From Macrostomum lignano (Eukaryota), in assembly GCA_002269645.1 (NCBI GenBank), contig NIVC01000892.1, forward strand, positions 62,001 through 126,000: 64,000 nucleotides of DNA, given 5' to 3'. The position numbers and the translations under genes were made by a program. How positions within the stretch are numbered: the first letter of the stretch is position 1; each line of letters opens with the position of its first letter. Below, piece after piece: positions 12,311 through 24,900 of the stretch. Below the pieces are notes generated by a model. That model made no database searches. It had not been told where the DNA came from and saw only the letters and a program-made list of their open reading frames with translations.

Positions 12311-13104
12311 CAGCCACCTTTTTTAGCAACAATATCTATCAGCTTATATAATACTTCGCTTGCTAATATATATTCTTAAACATTAAGCTTAGTTCGTTAA
12401 TATTCGTTAACCATACCGGCCCTCAAACATGCATATGTACGAGTATATAGAAGTATATATTAAGTGAAGTCAGTCGTCATATGCTGTGGGTTGGCTAGCT
12501 TTAGGCGTTAGAAAGAGAGGAATTGGGCGATGGGAGAAGGGGAGGGGAGTGGAGTGGGAAGAAAAGCCAAGCCACTGCTCCTCCCTTGCCTTCTCCTTAT
12601 ATATATACACAGTATGTGTGCGCGTGTTTGGTGTCCGACACTGGGGCGAGGGCCGAAAAGCGGAGTTTTGGAAGGCTTGGGAAAGGATTTCGGTAGGTAG
12701 GTAGAGAGAAAAAACACACGAGAGGACCCAGCAGCGCCTGCTGTGCCTCTTGCCTGCCCTGCCTTGCCTCCCAAAGTCCCCAGCTTCTCTCGCTTTTACC
12801 AGTTTTATCCTCTGTTCTCCCTGTGAGCCTTTGAGCCCCGACTGGCTGGCTGGCTGGACCGCGAGGACAAGAGTTGAGGGAGGGCAGGGGAGCGAGAGGG
12901 GTCAGGAGATGGGGCGGGGGGACACACGAACGAGGCGAGGCGAACCAAGAGGGCTGAGGTGGGCGGGATAGGGGGGGGGGCAAGGCGGGGTCGTTGACTG
13001 CCCCCAGGCCCTACTGGGTCCTTCTGCTTCCCTTTACTTCCTTGCTTAGCCGCCGCCGCTGCCGCCTCGGTTGCTGCTTTTTTTACTTCCCCTTCCTTTC
13101 GCTT

Positions 13105-13107
<3 letters not shown>

Positions 13108-13159
<52 letters not shown>
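13108..13159. repeat. (GA)n microsatellite
   Basis: Direct reading of the sequence. Confidence 0.95.
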
Positions 13160-13162
<3 letters not shown>

Positions 13163-14880
13163 CTGCCTGCCTGCGCTTCCCCAGGGCCTTGGAAGGGAGG
13201 CGTGGGGAGCGGGGGCGGCGCCGCGGCCGCGTGGGATTTGGGATTGGGGACTGGGAATTTGGGAATGAGGATGCGGAGGTTATTAGAATGAGGATTTGGG
13301 CCCAGGGCTGGGGGGGCTGGGCGAGGAAGCGAGAATTGGCGATTTTTTTTCGGGAGGGGGCGAGCAATGGGAGGAAAGGGATGGAGGTTGGCAGGAAAGG
13401 GGAGGAGCGGAGAATTTTGCCGGTAGGGATCTGAGGCGGCTGCGGCGGGTAGGGGCAGACAGGCACCGAGTGTTAAGTGCGCGCACACTGTGTGGAATGG
13501 ACTTCGAGGGTTTTAACTGTGTGTGTGTGTGTGCGGTGCCAGTTGGTTGGGTGGTCTCTGCGGCGCACAGCGGGGGGGTGTGTGTGGCGAAAGAGAGAGA
13601 GAGTAGTTGGTTGAAAGTCCCCTAAGCCCCTGCCAGTCAGCAGTCTATTGGGACTCATGTGGGGTGTGCAGTGAAGGGCATTTGGGGGGTGGGGGTTGCC
13701 GACGCTTTCGCTTGGAGCTAGCTTATAAGGGAAGCTTGGCCTATAAGCCTCCTTTCCTCTCCCGCCACCCGGCCGTTAATTTTTTATTTTGCTCCGTTCT
13801 CGACCTCGGCTCCGTTGGGCAGCGGCATCGAGGGGTGTGGAGAGTGGGTTGGTGTGGGTGGGGGGTTGCGGCGCTTTAGCCTGCGGATTGGGCTTTTGCG
13901 CTTTGAAGAAGGGGGCGGCGGGTGGGTCGGTCGGCCGGTCCAAAATGAGCTAACTAATTTGGTTGGGAGACCGTGCGGCAAAAGGAAGAAGCTATTGGCG
14001 GCGGTACCCCCGCCCCTTCCGCCGCCGCCGCTGTCGCTGACGCCGCGGTTGACGAGGTAGGGGGGGGGAGGGAGAGAAACGGTTCCCGTTACTTCTGCCC
14101 CGCTGGGTGGCGGTGGCACCATATTCTCCTAGCATATGCATGTATGTATAGTATGCATACGTATATATATATAATTCCTTTCTATCCTCCCACTCTCTCT
14201 CCCTTAATTTCTCTCTCACTCGCTCACTCTAGCTTCGCCCACACTCTTCCTCCTTTATGCTGGCAACCGGCCGCCAACCCCTCATGGTCCCTTACCGTGG
14301 CGTGTCCTCTCCTCTCTCTCCCCTCTCTTTCTCTCACAGTGCCTCTGTACTGTAGACTTACTGCTACTGGCAGTGCCATTCATTCTTGCACACTCACGCT
14401 CCCAATCACACGCGCGCATATATACAGTACTAATCTCCTATATATATGTGTGTATATGTATATATAGGGGGCCTTTTCCAAGCTTTCTGTGCAGACTGTG
14501 CTGGGTTGGCTGCTGTCTTCTTCTTTCCGTCGCGTTGATCGGATCTCGGGACGGCGGCGGCTGTGGCTTTGCAGGGGGGGGGGGAATTTGCCAACTCCGT
14601 TAATACCTTGCACACGCGATCTTGCGGCAATGTCCTCTTTGTATATGTCTATTTTTTCCTTTGTATCCTCCGTCTTGTCAAATGCATTGTTTTATTGTTG
14701 TCAATCAGCAGCTTTAAGCAAATTATTAGCACGCCATTTATACTTTTTTGTCTGGGTCAGTCTAGGAGCATCGGAAGAGCATTTGCGGAATAACTGCCTT
14801 GAAATCGATCTTTTTTCTATTGATATATTACTGTATAAAGAATCTAAACTATGTTTATCACATCGGGCTAGGCTTATATT

Positions 14881-14975
14881 TGCTGGGCCAGCCTCCAAGA
14901 TGCTCAGTTGCTGGGCCAGCCTCTCAGATCGTCAGTTGCTGGCCCAGCCTCCCAGATCATCAGTTGCTTCCCAGA
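14881..14975. repeat. 28-bp tandem repeat (TGCTGGGCCAGCCTC core), about 3.5 copies
   Basis: Core recurs at 14881, 14909 and 14937; the array ends just before a pyrimidine tract and AG at 15004-15005. Confidence 0.8.
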
Positions 14976-15005
14976 TTCTCAGTAAGCTCTTTTTTGTTCC
15001 GGCAG

Positions 15006-15042
15006 GTATGAAGGCCGGATCGGCAGAACCAGCCAGCACCTA

Positions 15043-15077
<35 letters not shown>

Positions 15078-15469
15078 TCCCCCACGGCTTGGTGGGCAAT
15101 TATCACCCGGCTTACAACTGCGGCCTGCCACCAAGAGACCAGCCGCTCTACCAATCAGCACAGTTCGCTCAGCAGCTGCATCCGTACGGTAAGCAGCCGC
15201 AGCAGCCGCCCCAGCAGCAGCAGCGGCAGCACTATGCATCTCCGTCCTACTTTGCTCAGCCGCCGCCTCCGCCTCATCACCTGCCACAATCTGTCTATGG
15301 CCAGCAGCAGCAGCAGCAGAATTATCCCGGCAGGCATCCATCCCAAATTGGGAATCCCTACGGTTTAATGATGGGCCAACAGCATCATCAGCATCAGCAG
15401 CAGCAGCAACATCATCAGCATCTGCAGCATCTGCAGCATCAGCAGCCAATGTACCATCATCAGTTTTAA
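15006..15469 (+). CDS. Probable coding exon of an unidentified Gln/His/Pro/Tyr-rich low-complexity protein (terminal exon, or a 153-aa ORF from ATG 15008)
   Basis: Acceptor-like TTTTTGTTCCGGCAG ends at 15005. MKAGSAEPASTYWQQQ...QQPMYHHQF* has the same CAG-rich codon style as the zinc-finger gene and is followed by AT-rich UTR-like DNA. No recognisable domain. The upstream part of the 14489 ORF looks non-coding. Confidence 0.6.
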
Positions 15470-18439
15470 ACAATATAGATATAGATATGCGTAATGTATG
15501 TATAGATTTCTTATATTTCTATTAAATTTTCATCATTTCCAATTATATGAAATTCTGGAGTAGCTAGGAATAGAAAAGGCATCAACACCCCTCACTTGTT
15601 GGCGCGCCTCTCTGCGTATATATAATAGTCAAGTGCCGTTGAACCCGCATTTGGGTTTTTTGTAGAAAAATTGGAACTCAAGTGAAGGGAGGAGTGGAGA
15701 GAGGAGATAGTGGAGAGCGGTTAGTAGTCAGGCAGGTTAGTCACGGTAGAATAAGGCGAGAGAGACTGAGAGCAGCTCTGGAATTGGAATTCACAATGGA
15801 GAAAAATATCCTAGGACTCTGTAGCATTCAATGGGCCCAGCAGCCGTTGACTGGCTCTGCTTGGTTGATTTTCAGTTTAGCTGGATTTTTGCTGGCAATA
15901 CTTCTCATATAAATATATACATATACATCATATATACATATGAGAATACATATTTTCGAGCTTTCCCCAACCGAGCAGCCACCACTGGTTGCTAACTGTG
16001 TGCGCGTCTTGACAACAAGACTTTCGTAGAGATACTTGAAAGTTTGACAATTTTGTAGCCTGTTAGGTAGACGCAGTCACCGCCTACATACAGACACACG
16101 TCTTAACTTGCTGATAATTTATATTTTGGCAAAATGTTTTCCTTTCTCTTCTGTTGCTTTTGCCTTTTGTCTGCTTGAAGATGAGCATAGATGATAGATT
16201 CAAGACAGAGACATTGTTTTTCGAGATCAGGTGGCTCCAACATTGTTTTGCCGAATTTTATTCTCTCTGCAATTCTTTTCTTATTGCTGTGATCTGAAGG
16301 TCTGTTTTTGGCGGTCTTATTACTCATATGATACATATTATTATTGATTTCTAATATTAGAGATAATAGAAAATCATTGGGATTCAATTAGAAATCTCAC
16401 ACTTTATAAAATAATTTACGTTACATATCGTCAATATTTCTAGTAGATTTTCAAACGATTTTGATATAAAATTAGAATTCCACTACTTGTACTCGTCAGT
16501 AGTAGAAAGCGCGCATGCGCATGTACTTCTAATTCTAAGAAAATGGTTTTCCTATAGAAAATGGCTAAGCTACTTATTACACATTTAAAGACTGACTGAG
16601 TCTGAAGTTAAATTGATAGCCATTGTGTAGGTCATTCCGGGACATTGCTGCCGTGTGTGCTTAGCTAACCGATTTGTGTAATTAATTTATCTGTTTTTTA
16701 TTAAGATTTGCAATTCGTTACTATAGATATATATTGAAGTTTATACCTTAGCAAATGCTCAATAAATACCTCAAAGTTGTATCTTGAGTGGATAATTACA
16801 AATGGCAGTTCATGATTTTATTATGTTATTTAAAAAGTTATTTTTTCTTCTGCTGTGTCTGTGAAGTCGGCGCCCTGATTGGATGTTCACAGTTGTTACT
16901 GAAGTGGCCTCCGAAATCCCTGAGAATGGAATAGAGACTGCATTTTAGACTTCGGCGATCCCCTGTCCAACAAATTCCCTGATTCCCTGAATATTATAAT
17001 ATTTCTCATCTGCCTACATAATGCTGCTCATATTGTGCAATTGCGCTTGTTTTGCACTATTTATTATTATTTTCTTTTTAAACGCCTTACATATTATTAT
17101 TATAAATTATTCACTCTGTGTTTTTTTAAGTGCAAAGACTTCAATTGTGCAAATTAATGCGTACTTATTACATTATTGATCATAAATGCTGGAAAATAGC
17201 TAAATTCTGCACAATCCTAAACTTGATGCCGCTTCTCGCTCTGCAACCCCACCTCGGTCTGCCTGCGGAACTGACTGTAATGAAAGTGCCTATAAATAAT
17301 GCTAACTTGAAAATATTACAATTTTTGTTACATAAAATTTTGTCGCTTGTTGCTATGGTAAAAATTGATGATGCAATCACCTACTTTGTTATTGGAATTG
17401 AATATTACAGAATGCGCTTCTATATGCTTAAGAAATGTAATATTTTAAATTTTTTGAGGTAAAATATTTTAAATTATTTTCATGTTCACGTACCCTCCCT
17501 ACGTCATTTCGTGTTGTTGCCTTTCCTTTTGTTCGGTCTGTTTTTATTTTCTTCTAATGGCAGTATTTGTGTTTTGTTTGTTTGCTTACGCTTAGGCCTC
17601 CCGCAGTTTAACTTTGTGATTTGTACATAAAATGACATTTCTGGGGTGAAATTTGCAATTTAAACAACTTTTTCGAACATTTGCCTTTGTTTCTACTGCG
17701 AGTAGCCGCCGTGGATGCTTATAGAATAATATAACAAGCTCAGGTGGATTTTAGCAACATTTTAGCTCGTGCTTATATTCAAACTTGAAACTAATTCAAT
17801 CCGCTTTGTAGGCTATAATCCACCTGAAGTTTATCGTGATCATTAATCTTAATATATTATTATTATTATTAACGTTTCCTCTGTCCAACTTTAGTCTTAG
17901 ATTAGTTAATGCTGTTTATATTCCTTTGCAATCGTGTGTAGTAACGAATCATAAAATTTTGTAATAAATTATAAACGCACTAATTTTTTTCTACTATTAT
18001 AATATATATATTGTTGTTAAAATTTCAAATGAATTCTTTGTCAATAATTTTGATGCAATTCAATTCGGATGCAAATGCTTTTTTGCACAATGGATCTTGG
18101 TGTACGTGCTGCAAAAATGGTTGCATGCGTCTGCTTTTCAATTCTGTGTTTTTCAAATACGTATATATACATATAAATATATGTTAAATATTTTTGGCGT
18201 CATCCACTGCGTCGCAAGTTCTTGTTTTTGCTTTTGCAAGCAGGCAATATTTGAGTTTGTTCGGCAGTTTGTTTGTTTCTCTCGTTCTGTCTGTTGTTTA
18301 TTAGTTTTTCCCCTGTTCGTTTTTTTTGCGCAATTACTACTAATTATGTTATTTTATCTGGAGTATAAGCTGGAATCGTGTTTCACTAATATAATATATT
18401 GCTGAGTCATTTTGAATATATATGCATACATATATATTA

Positions 18440-18476
<37 letters not shown>

Positions 18477-18689
18477 ACATTCACTCTTGTTCTGGCTTTT
18501 CTGGCAGCAAAGGTCAGTTGGAATTTACTTAAAACTGCATTCAAATCTGAAAATGGAAGCTGCAGTACTCCCGTTTGGCTTAATTTGTTTTATCATGAAA
18601 ATATGGGCTGAAAATCACTTCTGTACTACTTGTAAGTAGTTCTTCGTGTTAGTATTAGATCAATGACTGCCACTGACTGCTACCAATAT

Positions 18690-19740
18690 ATCAATCCTGC
18701 GCTTAGTTATCGATTTGTCGCTAAATTAGGTATCGATTAGAATTTCATTGTCACTAGATTAGGTATCAATTAGTATCATGCCGATAGATTAGTTATCGAT
18801 TAGTATCATGTCACTAGATTAGGTATCGATTAGTATCATGTCACTAGATTAGGTATCGATTAGTATCATGTCACTAGATTAGGTATCGATTAGTAATCAT
18901 GCTGATAGATTAGTTATCGATTAGAATCATGTCACTAGATTAAGTATCGACTAGTATCATGTCACTAGATTAGGTATCGATTAGTAATCATGCCGATAGA
19001 TTAGTTATCGATTAGAATCATGTCACTAGATTAAGTATCGATTAGTATCATGTCACTAGATTAGGTACTGATTAGTATCACGTCACTAGATTAGGTACCG
19101 ATTAGTATCACGTCACTAGATTAGGTACCGATTAGTATCATGTTACTAGATTAGGTACCGATTAGTATCGTGTCACTAGATTAGGTATCGATAAGTATCA
19201 CGTCACTAGATTAGGTACCGATTAGCATCATGTCACTAGATTAGGTACTGATTAGTATCACGTCACTAGATTAGGTATTGATAAGTATCATGTCACTAGA
19301 TTAGGTACCGATTAGTATCATGTCACTAGATTAGGTACCGATTAGTATCGTGTCACTAGATTAGGTATCGATAAGTATCACGTCACTAGATTAGGTACCG
19401 ATTAGCATCATGTCACTAGATTAGGTACCGATTAGCATCATGTCACTAGATTAGGTACCGATTAGCATCATGTCACTAGATTAGGTACTGATTAGTATCA
19501 CGTCACTAGATTAGGTATTGATAAGTATCATGTCACTAGATTAGGTACCGATTAGTATCATGTCACTAGATTAGGTACCGATTAGTATCGTGTCACTAGA
19601 TTAGGTATCGATTAGTATCACGTCACTAGATTAGGTATTGATAAGTATCATGTCACTAGATTAGGTACCGATTAGTATCATGTCACTAGATTAGGTACTG
19701 ATTAGTATCACGTCACTAGATTAGGTACCGATTAGTATTC
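18690..19740. repeat. 30-bp minisatellite (TGTCACTAGATTAGGTATCGATTAGTATCA), about 35 copies
   Basis: Tandem periodicity read directly. Confidence 0.95.
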
Positions 19741-20754
19741 ACACATAGATCTTCAATGTCTGTATACATTGATGCAGACGCATACAGACAGGCGTGTTTT
19801 TTTTAGAAATTAAAAAAGCGACCTGGAAAGTGTAAACGAAAACGACAGATTAAATTGGCTTAGAGCATACAGCCAGCAGTGCTCAGTTTCTGAGCATCTT
19901 CCTAAAGAAGCAGACCTGGCTGGCTGCACGGACCAAGCAGTTCATCCTCCTGGCCTTCGTGCTTCGCGTCCATCTCCGTCTTTCTTTTCCAACGATTTTC
20001 TTCCGTTTGATTTCTCTCAGCCGGCATGAATCCGCTGAGCATTAATTTCTCCCATCGGCTGAGCGATGAGGAAGAATGGAATTGGGGAGGGGGGAGATTT
20101 TTTGTCTTCTTCCTGAGCTATTGGAATTGTCTCACTTCTTCTGCTTTTGCCGCGGCAAACAACTTTTTGCTTTGGCTTAGGCAAGCAAGTATATATAGAT
20201 CGGAGCCCACCTGACACACAAGCCTGCCCAGTTTAGCGTAAATAATTCGACACCCACCTACACAAATCCATCGCTGGTTTCCTCGATTCTTCTTCATTTG
20301 GGATTCTTTTCTCCTCGTCTCCTCCGCTTCAAGCTCCAGTCCGTCTCAGTTCGTGCTTGAGAAAACGAAAAGCAATTTGTGGCATCGCGCTGCTAAGGAT
20401 AGAAATAATCATCGCCTACATTTATTTGCCAGTGAGTGCCTCTTGGATTCCGAACGATTTCATTTGGAGCTGCCCCAACCCCGAGTTCGAGTCTCGGCTT
20501 TCAGTTTCTAACTACTGCAGTAACTTAATTCTCGCGTGTTTAACTGAATTTATCTATTGGTTTGTCATCTATCGAGTCTTGATCATCCATTATTTTAAAA
20601 CCGTTTGAGATGCGCTCGTAATAATGCTGTACTCTCGTTTGAAATAAATGCTGTGTCAAATTGAGCACTGGATTGGAGCCGCGACGTCATGCACAACCAG
20701 ACCGACCATCCTAATGAATATTGTCCCTCTCTTGGGGTCCTTCAGTGGTCTTAT

Positions 20755-20840
20755 CTGTTCGACCCTGTGCGATTCTGTTCGACCCTGTGCGATTCTGTTC
20801 GATCCTGTTCGATCTTGTTCGATCCTGTTCGATCCTGTGA
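20755..20840. repeat. Short 10/20-bp tandem repeat (CTGTTCGATC-like)
   Basis: Direct reading of the sequence. Confidence 0.75.
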
Positions 20841-21664
20841 AGACATCAGACACCATTCAAGAGCCCAAGTTCCTGTTTTGTTTGATTCATCCCAGGGAGG
20901 TATGAGCGTACTGGTTTTGAACTAATTTTACTTGACTTGCACGTATTTGTCTCAGGAAAACATCTGGAAATCGCTTGTTTTAATTGAGGACCAAACACCT
21001 AGAGTATGAAGTTCTCTTTTAATAATATGAAAGAATCTTAGATCCCCTCGGAATTGTGTTCCATCTCATCTCAACAATCTTGAATGATTTTCACTTCAAG
21101 CTTGTACGCTCGTAGATACGTGTGGTCGAAATATCTGTCTTCGATCTTTTGAAAAGTTGTCTGTGCAATTTTTTCAGAAACTCAAGCAACTATACAGGAG
21201 GTTTCCATTTTAGCGACACCAAAAGTAAAACAAAGTTTGTCCCACTGATTCCGCTTCTGACGTGGCATTGGCAAGCTAATTCATTTCTTCTTCAAGCGAT
21301 TAGCGCCAGCAGCGTTCGTTCCGGTAAAATAGTTGGCTCCTCTTTATAGTTTGTTTATTCCCTTCTCTGCTTTAGTCGCTGGCCAAATTTTTCCACAAAC
21401 AGTTGATGGGCTGTTAGTCAGAGCTGTGGGGCTAGTATATGGGATTTTTCACGCCCGAAGTAACAAGCCAGCAAAATAGAAAATATAAAGGGGAAAAGAG
21501 TGTTGCCGCTAATTCCCCGACCGTTGGCAGACACCCTAATTCACTACAGTTGCTAGTGACGTTTTTTCACTGCTAACTGTCAAGTCACTGTTATACGGTG
21601 TGCCATGCACTGCAGACTGCAGAGGATAGAATCCAGGACCAATCACGGACCACTGAAGGATCCG

Positions 21665-21900
21665 CTTAGGTGGTAGCAACTGATCACTGAAGAGTCTGTT
21701 AAGGTGGTAGCAACTGATCACTAAAGAGTCTGCTAAGGTGGTAGCAACTGATCACTGAAGAGTCTGATAAGGTGGTAGCAACTGATCACTGAAGAGTCTA
21801 AGGTGGTAGCAACTGATCACTGAAGAGTCTAAGGTGGTAGCAACTGATCACTAAAGAGTCTGCTAAGGTGGCAGCAACTGATCACTGAAAGGTCTGCTGA
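21665..21900. repeat. 30-33-bp tandem repeat (AAGGTGGTAGCAACTGATCACTGAAGAGTCT[GCT]), about 7 copies
   Basis: Direct reading of the sequence. Confidence 0.9.
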
Positions 21901-24900
21901 GTGGTACCGCCGAACTACTGAACTGAATGATCTTTGAGATGGTAAGCGAAGGACTCCTGAAGAATCTTTAGGGTGGCAACGACAGATCACTTCAATATCT
22001 GTGAGGAAATAAGGATTGAGGGAACCTGTAGGGCATTGCGATGACCCAGAGAAGAAACCGCAGTCGAAGATGACAGCGATTTGCTGAGGGAACCAATAGG
22101 TCAACTGACAATCCGAGTCCTGAAGATTTGATGTCCGATTTGCACTGCTGATACTTGAAAGGTTCCTATCCAGCAGGTAGATTGCATCTCGATTTCCCAT
22201 TGATGCTTCTATTTATCCTACTTGTACCAGATTGGAACTGAATCCTTCCTGCTGATCTTAATGTCATCCGTTCTACTTCTTCACCCGGCAGGTAAACAGG
22301 GCAGACAGTGGATGCCACAGTGCATGTCTATTTTGCAGTACATACAGCATGACTGACTGCATAGTTGAAGGCGTCTTCGTGGACGCGTGTTGACGAAAGC
22401 CATCAATCAAATTTATTCTTCAGACTTGGTCAGAAGTACCTTCAATGCTGGACTTGCGGCACTGCATTTTCTGCATGCAGCAAGGAGTCTACGAATGTAA
22501 ATAGCTGCGAAAGCAACAGAATAAATCTCTTCTGCCTCTAATTTCCCTAGCCATAGAGGCCATTGTAAATGAAGCACTTATTTGCCTCCTTGTAGCCTCT
22601 TTATTGTATCAATACTGCACTATACCCCTCTCTGTTTCTCACTCTTGCAGATCGCAGTGATGCGTCTTTCCAGTCTTCTCTTTATTTGTGTAAGCCTCAA
22701 CCCCTGTTGCTGCCCTTTACTAAATGCCAATAGTATAGCTGTCCATATCATGATGTTCCTTTCTTTATTTTTGGTACACTTCTTGCTGCACCTTTGCGAC
22801 TAAGGCAGACTATTCGTTTTCAAGCTACGAGTATTGAATCGAGCCGATACGATATACACACGAGTAAGTTGCAGTTTCGGTGCTAATTGTTCTTTGCCTT
22901 TGTTGCTACTATAAATAAACTTAGAAACGTAGCGAAAACCACTGATGCATGCAGTACCGAATATCAGTGGGCTATTAAGAGCAACTGAACTGTACGTTAT
23001 CAAGGATCGCGTGAATCAGACAGTGTTATTTCTCTGTATACAATTTAGATTAGTCTTTGTTGCTTGCTATGTTTTGAACACTCAGCGGTGGTAGGGTGCC
23101 TGCGACCGCGTCAATCGATAGAGTCGCAGAGAGTGCAACTCTGCGCGGATGATTTGGCCTGGCAACAGTATAGCTAGACGATAGAGTGAAATGCTGCATT
23201 GGTGACTCGCTCGTCGCTGATCCAGCATGCGCCCGCGTCAATCTGCTGTTCGAGCGATTTCGACAGCGTCTTAAGTCTTGGCGTTATAAGGTCTCAACCA
23301 CCAACTGGAACAGGAACAAGAACAACAACGAAGCGGTGTCAGCCACAAGCCATCGAGTTCAAGGCATTTTGTGTAAAGATTAAGAATCACTTGGACCTGT
23401 CGTACCGACGCGGCGATTAGGTTCCGTGACTCAGTCGTCGCCCATCTTGAAACAGCATCAATCATGACAGTCTCAACATCGCCTAAATTATTGATCATTG
23501 ATGTCTTCACCTAGCACTAGACAGAAGTAGCATTTTTCACTTGTTGAGCAATCAGACATTCAGTTTGTTAAGATGCCGCAACTAGAAGTCCGCATTCGTT
23601 GCCTGTGGTAGAAAGAGGTCACTAGCCTGCAGGAACGGCACCAGGGTTGCTCCAGATTTTTCCATAAAACTCCAGTTAATGTCTTGAAGGACGATGACGT
23701 CTCTCACCTCATGGACTATTACTGACACCGGAATCTCTTCTATGCTTTCTTGCTGCCTTGACTGAGAGTGAATGAATCGTCTTCATTTACTGCCCTTTTC
23801 TACCTTTTCTTTTTCTATAGTAAACTTCATATTGTCCAAAACTTTTCAACGATATGAAGTTCGAGCTTAAAAAGCTTGACCATGCACTATCGTTCATGCG
23901 TACCAAAGTTTACGAGCTATGTAGCTGAATAAGTAATAATTCGAATAATTCCTGTAATAGGATTCTAAAGTCATATCGCTCGCTAAGCTAATGCAAAACA
24001 GCAATGCAAAGTCAAGTGTTTCACGTAAACGATATGCACACACATTACGCTCGTGCATGTTTGCTTTTTTAAGCGAATTTAGGACAAAGCTTAGGACAAA
24101 TCTAGAACTACTGAAATGCGAATATTAAGTGAAGTGGGTGGATTTAGTCTTTTAAAGATTAGCAGGACATGCCTCCTTTCGTGTACCCGGTAGGTTTCCA
24201 GGGCAAGTTTATTGACTTAAGCTGCACCAATGGCGTACATCTATCTGTACACTATACATCGCAGCAATAACATGCCGTCCCTAAACCGCAGGCCAGCGCC
24301 TGAAAAAGTGCGCCAGCAGAAAGAGAAAGAAAACTTGTAAAAAAGCTCTTTGAATTAATAATATTCATTAAGCATTGGCGATTTTCCGAAGGCGATTTCA
24401 CCAATAATATTGACTTGATATTGGCGATATTCTGAGGGCGATTTCGGCAATAGGAATGACGCACGATACATAGGGGCGATTTTTTATGAAGTTGCCAGCA
24501 ATAAGAGTCAGGAATTGCACGTATTGCACGTAGAGTCAGGAATAGCACGTACGTTGCATGAGCTCATGTACATATTAACTAACCGATGCACTTTTAGACT
24601 TACCGGTAATTGAGCGAAAAGCACTTCTACTATAATATGCTTGAGAAATCAAGGTTATAAGGATAGTTATATTAGAAGACGCTTTGCCCAAAATATGCAC
24701 AAAATCGCTTCTATGAATCACGCATTTATTGTAAAAGGATATGAAAATGATTTTGTTTGACTGCACATGACTGCACAAAGAACACAGCTCACGGGGACTT
24801 CTCTATTTTAGTTTCTTACAGTCAAGACATCTAAAGCCCCCAATCCACACAGTTGGTTTTTTGTTTAGCTTTTCATACAACTGCAGCGTTTCCCTCACGC

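Noticed and set aside
23641-24500. CAGGGTTGC(T)CCAGATT and clustered GGCGATT motifs resembling hAT ends
   Set aside because: No matching inverted terminus or TSD found.
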